DNA of 64,000 nucleotides from NCBI RefSeq assembly GCF_018977255.1, contig NW_024704743.1, forward strand, positions 48,672,001 through 48,736,000. Direction: 5' to 3'. The first letter of the stretch is position 1. Each line of letters starts with the position of its first letter. The notes beneath the pieces are model-generated. The model was given only the letters and a program-made list of their open reading frames with translations. It was not told where the DNA came from and did not search any database. This DNA is from Callorhinchus milii (Eukaryota). Of this stretch, positions 26,151 to 38,449 are shown one piece after another. A program made the translations under genes and the position numbers.

Positions 26151-28079
26151 CTGTGTTTCTAAATATTTAGTTGTGCTGCAGAAATTGATAAGCGGATAAT
26201 ATGAAGAACACCTAAAAGATGAGGATTAGAAAGATAAGTTTTCTATCAAACTACAATAAATGAGGTATGTTCATCATCACCAATGACTTGATTAATATCA
26301 CTTCTCGGATTTTGTCCCTTTATATTGACATTTGTATAAACTTTCTGTATTTTAAGATACATAGATACCCTGTGATTTGGTACGTAATATACAGACGGGA
26401 GAGATTTCAAATGTGATTTGCAATCTCTGTTGAATTAGTGTCTCATCCATACGTGAGTGATTGCTTAAACTTGCTCCATTGAACAGGCCCTTCTAAATTG
26501 AGGGGGACAAAAAAAATCAAGATGGGTCTCCAGATGCTGATTGTTGTCCATTTGACACTACTGGAAAATGCAGATAAGGGAGGAGCAATTAGCACAATAT
26601 TTGATCCAAACACATTCTGCCCTCAATGTAATCACTTTGCAAATTGTATGAAATTAATCTAAATTCATGCTCTATTAGGGAACATTTAAAATACTAAATT
26701 AAGGTTTGGTATTTGAGCAATTGAAAATAGATAACTAATTTTGTGCTTCCAATAATTTTAACTTTCTAATTAAGAAAAGCTAACCAATGGTTAAGTGTGC
26801 ATAATGAGATTCACTGTTCATCAAGGTTCACATTTACGTAGATTGGAAACGGGCCTTTCAGCCCATTTTGTTCATTCTGGTGCTTATACTCCATGAGTTG
26901 AAATAATTTGCATTAGCTGAGAATCAAATCTGTGCTTTCTGTGTGGCAGGAAGAACTCTTACCACTGATTTGTTCAAACTGATCTAGTTTGATCCCAGTT
27001 CTTTGAAATCTGATCTCAACTTCCTTTACAGTTTACCTCAAAATCCCCAGGGTAGTGAAGAGAAAATTTGAGACTTCCTGCTCGCTGGTTGCTGCATTGA
27101 AATGTTTCAAATAGCCCATTGGCACTCATCCACCTTGGTTCATACTGGAAAGAGGCCTGTAGATTTGTAGCTCATGAAAGAAAATGAAAATGTATGTTAA
27201 AAATATTAAATTGGAAATTTCACTTGGGATGTGACATACTCTTTTTTACTCCCTCTCCAGGAGCTGTACTGCAGAATTGAGGGGAATGGCTGTTTTAAGA
27301 AGAGTGTCTAGATCTGTGAACGTTTTTTAAAAAATTTTTTTTATTATTTTGTTTAAAATCTTGGGAAAATGTTTTTGTAATATTTGGAAAAACATGTAAT
27401 ATTGTAGTTCCATTTCACCAAAATACTGTCTTAACAGATTTGAGATTGCTGATCTTTGGAAAGATCTTGTTTAAATTTGACACTGGTAAGTATGGCTGGA
27501 AGGCACCATTCAGAATGGTTGATGATGAGTACGTGTGTTGTATTAGCATAAAGGAATGCTAACTCAAAGGTTCAACTTGCTTATATTGTTTTAAAAGATA
27601 TGTAGCAAAACTAAAAATACTATTAAGTAATGTGTAAATAAGTTGCCCTCCTGAACGAGTTGAACTGTGAAAAGGGTTAGAAGCTTAATCTTTGGTAATA
27701 TGACTGCAACCTTTCGGGAATAAATGTCATAAGTTTTCTATGAATTGGTTTCTCTTTCCTCTCTGAAAACGTTTCAAATGGAGTCTATTACTAAAATCCT
27801 ATTTCACATTAATGGAAACATTTCTAGTTTGGAAACCATCTGCTTGAAATTTACAGCTTCAATAATTTGCTTTATTTTCATCAGGCGTTTTGGTAAATAT
27901 TCTTAAATCAGACACAAGCAAAATTTGCTTAGACAAATCTGTTGTCTAAGCAATATCCTAACTTTATTAAATCACAATTGAAGGGAAGGTAGTCCTGGCC
28001 CTGGTACCAATGTAGCTGGAAGTCAGTTGCAAGCAGCAGTAAACTAGTGTATGGTATTCATATGATGTAAATAGTGTAT

Positions 28080-28448
28080 GGCTGTCACATCAAGGCTCAA
28101 TTACGGAAACTTCCTCCTCATCGGCCTTCCCAACTCTTCGCTTCACAAGCTGCAGGTCATCCAAAACTCTGCAGCTCATGTACTCTCGCGCACCAGGCAT
28201 CGTGACCCCATCACTCCCACCCTCGCTCGACTCCACTGGCTCCCCATCCCCCAGAGGATCGAGTTCAAGATCTTCGTCCTCACTTTCAAGGCCATCCATG
28301 GCCTTGCCCCCTCCTACCTCTCTGACCTGCTGACTCCCTACCAACCTGGTCGCACTCTCAGTTCAGCGGGCTCCGGCCTACTCCATGTCGCTTTTGGACG
28401 TCCTCCCAACGTGAAAGGCACGCTATGAATGTAATTTTGTTGTTGTTG
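28080..28448 (+). mobile_element. L2 subfamily A 3' fragment with internal deletion
   Basis: ORF 28078-28428 TSRLNYGN...LHWLPIPQRIEFK; (TTG)n tail. Confidence 0.9.
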
Positions 28449-28926
28449 ATATCATTGTGACTCATTTCCTACACAAGCTGTATTTTGGGTTGAGTGAGAA
28501 AATCAATCTTAACTTGTAAAGTTGCTAATATGGTGTGCTTTGGGTGTTTTAACCATATTTTTCTTTGAAAATACCCTAACTGTCCAGGAATATACAGAAC
28601 CACATGAAATCATTGTGCTTTTTGGTCAGCTAAATATCTGACACTATCTCAGAGCACCATTTAAAAACATTAGGTCTCTAGCTTGCAGGGATATCTGCAG
28701 CCAAGTGGAAAGAATCAGCCTCCAGTGACAGGTTGCTCCTCCAAATCCTGCCATTGAAGCAAGCCAGCTAGCTGGCTGATCCACAATGTCCTGGAATACT
28801 TACAATTGCCTGGCTCAGGTATCAAGACAACTCAGACTGACTTGATTATGATCCACCATTGCCAACCATGTTAACTTGGAACTAGTTCAGCCTCATTTAC
28901 TCTGCTTACTCCTTTTCCTCTAACAA

Positions 28927-29140
28927 CAATAATCCTTGCATTTGATTTGAGACGTATTAAAACGCTTCACATAATATACTGTAAAGTGAATCGACTATTT
29001 TGTGGGCAAAACGCAGCAGCTAACTGCACAGCATTGTCCCACAAACAGTCGTGGATTGAGTGACCAAATTTATTTTAAGGGATTATTACCCCTGGAACAG
29101 CAATCCGCCAATCGACTAACAAGCGAGTTCCTACTTCCTA
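28927..29140 (-). mobile_element. SINE family 1, truncated
   Basis: Body and tail match. Confidence 0.8.
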
Positions 29141-29379
29141 CATTGTGAATTTCCACAAGTTGATCTTTAGCTATGACAACCAACTTGGTTTGGATAGCAG
29201 GTATCAGGAAATCAGGAAATTTGTGGACAACTTGAGCATGACCTCAATGTAAATTTACATTTATACATGGTAATTTAATCAGTGGGAATGGGTGGAGGTT
29301 CTGATAGCTGCTTACCTCTGCACTCAATAAAAATAGTACCAAGCTCTGGGTGTGTATGTTTATATGTTTAGACTCCAGA

Positions 29380-30052
29380 CAATGAGGCCTGGATGAGCAA
29401 CAACTTTCTGCGTCGTAACATGGACAAGACTGAAACCATCATCCTTGGCTCCCACTAATATCCTCATCTCTGGCTCTTAACTCTGATTCAAACCCGGGTG
29501 CAGATTAACATAAACATCTGAAACCCTCATCCACACTTTAGTAACCTGCCTTGATTTCTCAAATGCACTTTGCTGTTTGGCGTCTCCCCACTTCTACCAT
29601 CCACCAGCTCTGCTGCTTGTATTCTTACCCGCATTAAACTACACCCATTGCCTCAATCCTTGCCTAGTTCCCGGTGTCCAAACAGATTGATTCGAAGATC
29701 CTCATCCTTGCATACAAATCCCTTCATGGCCTAGCACATCCCTACCTCTGACCTGCTCATACTCCACTCCTCTGCCCAACACCCTTCGCTAGGTTAACAT
29801 CTGACCCTGACACACCACCATCACTGGCTATAGCTTCAGCTACTACACCCTAATCTAGGAACTCCCAGCCTTAATCCATCTACCTTGCTCCTCTTCATCT
29901 TTATATCCCACCTGAAAAACCTATCTCTTTGACCATGCCTATGGTCACCATCATCTGTGCCTATCAGCATTCTTTACGCATTGTCTTAACCAAGCTCCTA
30001 TAGAGCTCTGAGACTTATTCTATGTAAAGGGCACTTTATAAATGCAAGATGT
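29380..30052 (+). mobile_element. Decayed L2 3' fragment
   Basis: WMSNNFL..NMDKTE remnant, L2 tail. Confidence 0.7.
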
Positions 30053-30779
30053 TAACACATTACAGTAGAGATAATTTTGTAGGCAAAGTTTTCTTGCAAT
30101 TTCACACACAACTTGCATTTAGATAAGTCTTCATAGAGTTTAATGTCTAAGCACACAGCAAAGTTACATCATCGGGTGACTGGCCAATTCATTTGCCAGG
30201 ACACGAGGAAACAGTTTCTTTAATATTCACTTGATGAACAAGCAGATTTTAACAATAACATCTCATCTGAAGAATGACATTTCTAACAATGCAGTATTAT
30301 ACTGGAGTGTCAGCAAAGATTAGGAGATCAATTCCAGACATGCCGGTTGAGCTAACAATCAAGACCCAAAGGAAAGGCTACTAACAACTGAGCCAAAACT
30401 TGTGAATTGCTGCTTGAGCAAGGTACACCGACTAGAAGAAAAAAATCACAAGTGGAGTCCACCGCCCCTTGTACAGTCTGCAACAACAAGGGCTTGGTTT
30501 ATTAAATGCACCAACAATGTTTTCAAATGATTTTAGACCCAAGGCATCGGGATTGCGCTTTCCAATAAAATTTTCTGGACTGGGGAAATTTTAACTCAGC
30601 AGCTGGTCCCTGTAAAACAAATATTCAATTCAAATGGGTTAGAAGTTCCTCAGGGGGACCAGAATTACCTTAAAATCTTCCACTTCCCAGGAGAGAAGTG
30701 CCATTGGGTGACCATATATACCAGTGTAATTTAACAAAGAATGTTTTAAAACACAACCCATAAATATATACCCCAGATA

Positions 30780-32095
30780 AAACAACAAATTACATTTGTA
30801 TAGCACCTCTCACATTAGGATGACATCGCAAGGCGCTGGACAGTCGGGGATTTGGACCTGAGCGGGTTGGGAGTAAGAGTGGTGGAGGGCAAGGAGAATA
30901 GGAGGAGGAGGACGGACAAAGGCACGGTCGAAGAAGAGGGTCTTGAGATGAGTTTTGTAGAAGGCAAGGGAGGGAACAAGACGAAGGGACTGGGATGGAG
31001 TTAGGTATGGGCAGAGAAGCTGAAGGCCAGACAGCCAATGGTGAGGCGGGCCGGGCGAGGGATATGGAGCAGGCTGGAGCCTGCAAAGAGTGGATAGGTT
31101 GATACGGGGTTCACAGGTCACAGGTAGGAAGGAGCAAGCCCGGGGAGCGCCTTGAAGGCGAGGACAAGGATTTTGAGCTTATTCTCTGGGGAATAGGGAG
31201 CCAGTGGAGCCGGGCGAGGGTGGGGGTGATATCGTTGGCATAGTCGAGCCGAGATATAATAAATGCGTGGATGAGGATTTCAGCAGCCTGAGGGGGGAGG
31301 CATTGGCAGAGCCGGTCGATGTTGTGGAGGTGGGGGAAAGCAGATCAGGTCATACATGGATTTGGGATTGAAAGAATAGTTGAAGATCAAACAAGATGGC
31401 AAGGTTGTAGACTGGCTCGGTGGAGTGTGCATCCTTGGATGGGGATGTTGCCTGTATCTGATGTATGGAGGTGCTGACAGGAACCAATCAGGAGGGCCTT
31501 GGTCTTCACATTCAACTGGACAAAGTTAAACTCTCATCCAGGACGATGGCTGACAGATATTCCGTCAGGACAGCAGTGGTCCTGGAGTCGAGGGTGGAGG
31601 CAGAGATAAAGTTGGGTATCATTCACATACATGTGGAAGTTGACCCCAAGTTTGCAGATGATGTCACCAAGAGGGAGCATATAGATATTGGAGAGGACCA
31701 AGGACAGGGCCCTGAGGAACGCTGTATGAGACCGCATGGGGGCTGGAAGAGAAGCTGTTTGTAGAGACAAAGTGGAGACATTGTGAAAGGCAGGATCTGA
31801 ACCAGTCAAGGACAATAATATAATAATCCTTGCATTTGATATAGCACTTTTCACGTCTTCTAGACATCTCAAAACGCTTCACTGAATATGTTGTAAAGTG
31901 AATCGACTATATTTGTGGGCAAAACGCAGCAGCCAATTGCACACAGCAGTGTCCCAACGACCAATTTGTTACTGCTTTCTTTGAAGGGATTATTACTACG
32001 CATGTGGAGTAAGGAAACTTGCCCAAGGTTTCGCCCTTGGGTGAAAGGAAAGAACCATGAAGGTTGAGGTGAGAGGAGGTGGAAGAGGATAGAAT
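30780..32095 (-). mobile_element. L2 subfamily A RT with nested SINE (about 31814-32040)
   Basis: VPQGPVLGPL and YVNDTQLY remnants; tail at 30780. Confidence 0.88.
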
Positions 32096-32579
32096 GATTA
32101 ATTATGTAAAAGCCCTGAAAAGGGTGGTCTTAGCTGAACAATTATCAGAAATCTTGCCAGAGAGAACTTGCGATAAACTATGTGATTTGGTTAAACTCCA
32201 GCAGTATCCCAACACGTACTCTGAGTCCCTAAGACATTAGATATGCAATATATGTCTCTCAAAAGGAGAGAGCACATCCTCCAATCACAGGAAAATCCCA
32301 TGTGTGGAACTCTGGATTGTATACTCTTAAGCATGGTGCTCAGTTTCTGCATGCGTCAGACCTCCTGACCCCTGGCTAATTAAAAAATGACCCATAAAGG
32401 TGTTTTCAACACATTTGATAACTTATCAAACCTGTAAAAACACTGCATTTTTCACTCCTTTTTTCTGCTAGGTATTTGGTACTAAGGATCTCGGAAGAGT
32501 TTAAGGAAATTAACAGGTGGAGATGGAAACAAGCTAATAAAGTATACGCAAACTCAAAATTATAAAAAGTGTAAAACAT

Positions 32580-32585
32580 TTTATT
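32580..32585 (-). terminator. Probable nfe2l3 polyadenylation signal
   Basis: AATAAA on - strand about 750 nt after the stop, in AT-rich repeat-free UTR. Confidence 0.6.
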
Positions 32586-33336
32586 CAGCAACTCCAGTTT
32601 GCCTGCAAATGCCCATATAAACAGAACCAAGTAAATTCTTTTAATAGCCTCCAGGACTTATAAACCAAAAACAGGCAGTGACACATCACACTCGGCACAA
32701 ACCAAATACCAAAAGTTTTTTTTAAATCCATAAATTAAAGACATTTTATGTGACATATTGATGCCATTCAATAAGATAATGAAAAAATGTGTTCAGTGAC
32801 TAAAACCAATCTGCGTACAAAACACAAAATCCTCCATACGAGTAAATTGCCACAATATACAAACACACCCATTGCATTTAATTCAAATCTGAAAAAAACA
32901 ACATTGTTCTTTACTGCATAATAGAAATAATCCTTTGTCAACTGAATCATCAATGTGCCTGAGTTTTGATATTAGGTTGACTTATCACTGAAAATATCAA
33001 GTATTCATAAAATCTTTGGACGTTAAAATTGAGGAAGGAAAACTGAAAGTTTAATTTCAAGAAAACATTGCAATTCAGGGTAATGGACTTTGTTTCTGAC
33101 CAGAAGCAAAACAAAGGAAGTAATTTTATAGTACATAATCAAAGATCATGGACCACAATAAATTAATCATAACTGATTTTTTCCACTACAGATTATTTTT
33201 CCAAATGGGTAACAGCTATAATGTAATTTTTGAAATTAGTAGTTATACCTTTTTACATTGAGTAATCTCAAACAAGCACTGTTCTAACTCAGAATGACAC
33301 AAATGGTTATTTAAGTGAGATCTAGAAATCTTCACA

Positions 33337-34572
33337 TTAGTGTTTATTTTCCTTTTTATTTTTGTCTGGTTTCTGTTCAGATGACATCAGTCTGCGAGGC
33401 ACAATCAGTACACTACCGTCAGTGCCACACTGAAGAGAATATTGATTTGGCGAGACAGGTCTCCCATATTCATCTCTCAGTCTGCTGAACACATCTCGGT
33501 AGAGATTACTTAGTTTTTGTTTCATGAGATTTACTGACTTGTTGTACTGAATTTTATCCTTCTGAAGTTTCTCCTTCTGCATTTTTAGATTTTCCACATC
33601 ATCTTCCAAATTGACAATACGTTCAAGTTTGCGCTTGCGACAGTTTTGAGCAGCAACTTTATTCTTGCCTCTCCTACGAATATCACGGATAAGAGCCATT
33701 TGAGCATCATTAAGATCATACATAGACAGCAACTCGGTAAACTTATCCACTGGCATATTGATAATGTCCTCAACAGAGAAAGGAATTCTCAACAATCTTG
33801 CTCGCTGCTCATCTCGAGTAATATTCAGGTCTAGGCTACTTTTACATTTGCCATTCACGCTCTTCATTTCTACAGCCTGGTGGTTTATTTGGCTAGAAGA
33901 TATTTCACCTGGTGAGAGGTTATAAGAATGATTATGATATATGTGCTCAAGTGAATCCAAAGAATGATAATATTCTTGATAATCCATGCGACATATTTTA
34001 CTGTATTCTGGCCGATATCCACCAACTGCTCCTTCCAACACATCTGTGTCACTGCTGTAACCCACAGCACCTTCTTCATCAGAGGACAAAGAGGAAGATG
34101 ACTGTGAGCTGTTTGTAGAACTGGAACCAGGGCTTGTATCTAATGAGAGTCCAGAATCAGATTCAGGCTCTTCTGAGGCAAGAGAGGTATTCATTGGTTC
34201 AAATCCTTCTTCCATGGTGAATGTCATCAAGCTTATCTCATCCAACATTGCTTCATCAAGTAGATTTGACAGAGAAGCAGAAAGGTTTCGAGTTGATGTT
34301 CCTGTTGAATTTTCAGTGGATAGCATTCTTGTCAAGTTCGTTGAACATGAAGATGAAGTGGAGTTCACCGAATTGTTGAAACTCAGACTTCTATCAGAAA
34401 ATTCAGAAAAGTCTGCATTTGGGCTAGAAATAGTGAAGGCATGGCTGGAGTGAGATAGCATTGCATCATGATGGATTGTTGTAGAGAAGTGTTGATTGTA
34501 GTTAGGCACTGCAATGGCAGTGTCTGTGCTGTTGCCAAACAAGGACTGAACAGCATTATTTACAGTTATTCC
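33337..34572 (-). CDS. nfe2l3: nfe2l3 last coding exon: NST-rich region, DSGLS degron, Ser-rich tract, CNC and bZIP (DIRRRGKNKVAAQNCRKRKL)
   Basis: 401-aa track ORF extended in frame to acceptor cttttttaaaaag|GGA at 34572; canonical CNC-bZIP; symbol assigned from tail-to-tail synteny with hnrnpa2b1. Confidence 0.93.
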   Translation of the reverse strand, partial: GITVNNAVQSLFGNSTDTAIAVPNYNQHFSTTIHHDAMLSHSSHAFTISSPNADFSEFSDRSLSFNNSVNSTSSSCSTNLTRMLSTENSTGTSTRNLSASLSNLLDEAMLDEISLMTFTMEEGFEPMNTSLASEEPESDSGLSLDTSPGSSSTNSSQSSSSLSSDEEGAVGYSSDTDVLEGAVGGYRPEYSKICRMDYQEYYHSLDSLEHIYHNHSYNLSPGEISSSQINHQAVEMKSVNGKCKSSLDLNITRDEQRARLLRIPFSVEDIINMPVDKFTELLSMYDLNDAQMALIRDIRRRGKNKVAAQNCRKRKLERIVNLEDDVENLKMQKEKLQKDKIQYNKSVNLMKQKLSNLYRDVFSRLRDEYGRPVSPNQYSLQCGTDGSVLIVPRRLMSSEQKPDKNKKENKH

Positions 34573-35342
34573 CTTTTTAAAAAAGAAGATTCAAAAGGTT
34601 TAACCACAACAGATTATTGCATTCAGTTAGGATTTGAAGGTATAAATTCACTTATACCATATACAAAATTATCAGTACTATTACAGTTTTAGATCCCTAG
34701 TCAGATCTCATTTGGTGTACCGAGTCAGTTTTGGTCACCTCATCAAGAAAAATATGCAAACCACTGAGAATGGCTAGTAACAATTCATCAGAATGATGCC
34801 TGAAATGACGTTCACAGCTATTGTCAAAGATAATAAACCTTGCATTTGATATACAGTAAACTTCGGATAACTTGTCACTCCAAGGGAAAAGAGCTCAGTG
34901 AAGTTATTTGGAGGGGTGATTTAGATCCTCCCCAGCCACAAGAGGGTGCGGTAACTGGTAAGGCACTCGGGGGAGGTTGGGGTTGTCATAGGATAGGGCG
35001 GGAGGCCATGGCGCAGCCCTCCAATAGGGTCCTCTGCAAAGCGTCTGAGCATTCGCATCCAACCTCCGCCAAGTACCCACAGCAGTCACAGGATAGGGCA
35101 AGAGGTCTTGTGATTCAAAACATCTTATTGGATGAGTTAGCTGATCAATTTTACATTGTAAGTATTTACAAGAATTTCTAGACTGCGACTAGTTATATGT
35201 TAACTGGAGTGACAGTAGAGTGGAGTCCCTTGTTAACATTTTGCATGAGAAGTGGCCGGGATATTGACAGCATGGTGACTTAGGTAGTAGTGACAAGTTA
35301 AGCCTGGGTCATGTTATCAGGAGTTTATGTAGTGTCCTATTA

Positions 35343-35620
35343 AGGGCAAAACCTTAGGCAAGTTTCCTTACTCCACACACCTGTTTACCTAGCAGCAAGT
35401 AGGATAGCTTTCCCTGGGATAATAATCCCTTCAAATAAAAAATACAAATTTGGTCACTGAATCCACAACTGTTTGTGGAACACCACTGTGTGCAATTGGC
35501 TGCTGCGTTTTACCCACAAAATATACAGTCAATTCACTTTACAGTATATTCTGTAAAGCACTGAGACGTCTAGGAGACGTAATAAGGCGTTATATCAAAT
35601 GCAAGAATTATTATTATTAT
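35343..35620 (+). mobile_element. SINE family 1, 5'-truncated
   Basis: Body and tail match. Confidence 0.82.
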
Positions 35621-36036
35621 GTTGAAACAACTCAAAGGACTTCACAGGATTTTACTGTAAAGCGTAGTGACTATTTGTAGGTGAACGCAGCAGACAATTT
35701 GTGCACAAAAATATCCCACAAAAAGCGATGAAGTGAATGACCAATTTTATGTGGGGGATTGTTGAACAGATAGGGAACAACGATTTCCTCTGGTAGAAGA
35801 ACTCAGCAAGGCGGGAAGGGTAATCATCTTAAAATTAAAACCGATAGTGAAAAGTGAATTCCACAATCACAAAGTGATTCTGTTGCTACAAATTACTATT
35901 GAAGTGTTTTATTTGGATCTTCTCTTAGCACCTCCTCATTGTGAGGTATAATAGGTTTGAGGGAAATCATGGCTCCACTTTCTGGTGCGTGACCACAATA
36001 TTAATTATACCACTTGTATTCCAAACAATTGCTCAC

Positions 36037-36213
36037 CTGCAGCTCAGCGATGGACATCAAGTCTTGCCATTGTTGCTCCATATCTATAGAGAAGTCTATC
36101 TGTGAGAGCAGATGTGAAGTGCTTGGTTGTAAATCAAATATTGCATTATTAGGGGAACTTGGCAAGATTGCATGGGTGCCTGCAATGGATTCCAACAGAT
36201 GTCTTGGTTGCAA
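36037..36213 (-). CDS. nfe2l3: nfe2l3 coding exon 3 (LQPRHLLES...DMEQQWQDLMSIAELQ), Neh5-like
   Basis: tttgcag/gtgagc, 177 nt phase 0, conserved EQQWQDLMSI. Confidence 0.92.
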
Positions 36214-37804
36214 CTGCAAATTTAACAAAAACATGCAATTTATTGAAAGCTACTGTAACAAATCAACATCCTTTATTATATTCAGAAGATTTTTAAAGAC
36301 ACAAATAAAGTACAAGACATTATTAAGTGCCTTGCAAACGTGTGGGGTTTAACACCAATTGGCCCCATTTTGGCTTGGACTGATTTGACTTCTGGGTTGT
36401 TAAGTTGCCACCATAACTTCCCTCAATGACTATCATTGAGCTGAACCGACTCCAAGGTGACATGCTTAGCAACAGAAGGCCAGAACCGAATATCTGTGGT
36501 GGTCTTGATCCTGAGCCACAGGTACTCAGGATACTGCTGATGACAAATCAGTCAGCCTGGCTCATCAATAGTACTTGGAAGGACAGGGATTCTTTTCACT
36601 CAGCTCCGGTTAACCCTACAGACCAAAGACCTAACAGGTAGGGTGGTCCAAGATGACAAGCTTTCTACACATTGCTTCAATGGCAAGCTAGCTGGTTAAA
36701 CTCCAGCAACACCCCCAACACAAATTCAGGGGGTACCAAAGCCTGGCTTCTTGCCAACTTGTTCCTAGTACTGTGCACCATTTGATGAACTCATGGTAGC
36801 TCTATGTTGAAAATCCCATTCCCCTGATTTTCCTAATATCCCTGAATATTTTTATTGAATGTACTTATCTCTGAATATTTTATTCAAAGTAGCTATTTAT
36901 ATCCTAGACACTATTTGTAGTGGTTCTTAATTGGTTCTATATCTATAATCTTCTGGGGGAAAAATTACAAATCTTGATGCAAAGAAATATTTTCTGAATT
37001 GACTTTTAACTGGATTAGCTCAAACTCCATAAAATGATGTCCCCCTATTTTGGATTCCCTACTAGAGGGAAATCATTCCCCATCTATCTAATCAATTCTT
37101 TCCTATGATGAGATGCTTAAAATTAAGCATCTAAGTCCAGTTGAAGTCTAACCAGAGATCTGTATAACTGCTGTATTCCCTTTCTTAAGTTTGTAAGACT
37201 TATGATAAATTTTAGCATCCCATTAGATTTTCTGCATCTGAAAACTGGCCTTAAATGTAACTGGTCACTAAAATCTCTGTCCATCTAACCTCAACCTCTT
37301 CTTTTTTCCTCCTTTCTCCCCCCTTGCTTCCAAATTTCAAACTAATCCCATCTTCCATTATTACCACATAAAATGTCTTTTACAATTCTGCATTAAATTG
37401 CATTGCCTCCACTTTGTTCAGTTCCTCCAATTTTATGCAGCTCCAGGTGACATTGGCTAAAGGCTTAGACAAAGATTGAACCTGGGGCCTTTGCTTAATT
37501 TTTTGTGTATTCTTTTGCAATTCTCTGCTCATCACAATTTACTACAACTATATATATATACATATATTTATTATACTCAAGCGCACGCACATTTTCATGC
37601 TCCTGAATTAAATCTTTCTGCAAAACCTTATCAAATACCAAATATTCATACAAATAAAGTCCATTGATCACCCATGATCAACCTACCTTTATCAAATACA
37701 TGATGATGCTCATTGAACACCTGCATTAAGAAACTGGATTGTTTTGGTTAACAAGAATAAATGTACATATTTTCTAAGTAAAAAGGACAGCACTTATAAC
37801 TTAC

Positions 37805-38029
37805 TTCAGATTGCTGCTCAGAGATCCCGATATCCTCGTCACAAGTTGATAAATGGGCTGGATAATCTCTGGTCTCCTGTTGACCATTCTCAGGGTCTTT
37901 TTCCAGATCACCTTTCTCCTTTAATTTTCCACACTCATTTTCTTTGTTTCGATAATTGTAACCCACCACCTCACATCCTGTCCCCAAATCTACATCTTGC
38001 CTCCAAAGAACATCGATCAAATCAATATC
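37805..38029 (-). CDS. nfe2l3: nfe2l3 coding exon 2 (DIDLIDVLWRQDVDLG...SEQQSE), Neh2-like
   Basis: ttctctag acceptor, gtaagt donor, 225 nt phase 0, DIDLID/DLG motif. Confidence 0.93.
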
Positions 38030-38266
38030 CTAGAGAACAAATGATACAGATTGTTTGTAAATGCAGATGTTTAAACAGATTTACAATTTTACATTTATAC
38101 TCAGTGTTAACATCTGCAGTTTTCTTGTCCAAATCGTATTGCACAGCAAATGTAATTGTTTCAAAATCAAGGTGTTTTAAAGTAATCATTTGCTACAACT
38201 TGCCTTTATACAGCAATCTTTATGTGTGGTTGCAACAGAATGTTAAGTACAGATAATGCATTAATA

Positions 38267-38365
38267 CAGGGTGACCAAAAAGTTGTGATACCATTACAAT
38301 GTCTAATAAGTCTTAAAGAAATTATATATTTTTTAAGACAATGTGTCAACTTTTTGGTCACCCTG
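38267..38365. mobile_element. Tc1/mariner-type MITE, 99 bp
   Basis: Perfect 19-bp TIRs CAGGGTGACCAAAAAGTTG, flanked by TA on both sides. Confidence 0.88.
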
Positions 38366-38449
38366 TATATATGTACTATTTACTTAAAGGTCTTAGCTGG
38401 TTAAACTTGAGCAGTACCCCAACAATTACTCTGGGGTCCCCAAGCAGGT

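Noticed and set aside
34851..35160. Possible pogo/Tigger-like MITE starting tacagtaaac
   Set aside because: No convincing matching right TIR by eye
37744..38256. 170-aa + strand ORF
   Set aside because: Antisense to exon 2 plus intron, non-ATG start, no recognisable homology
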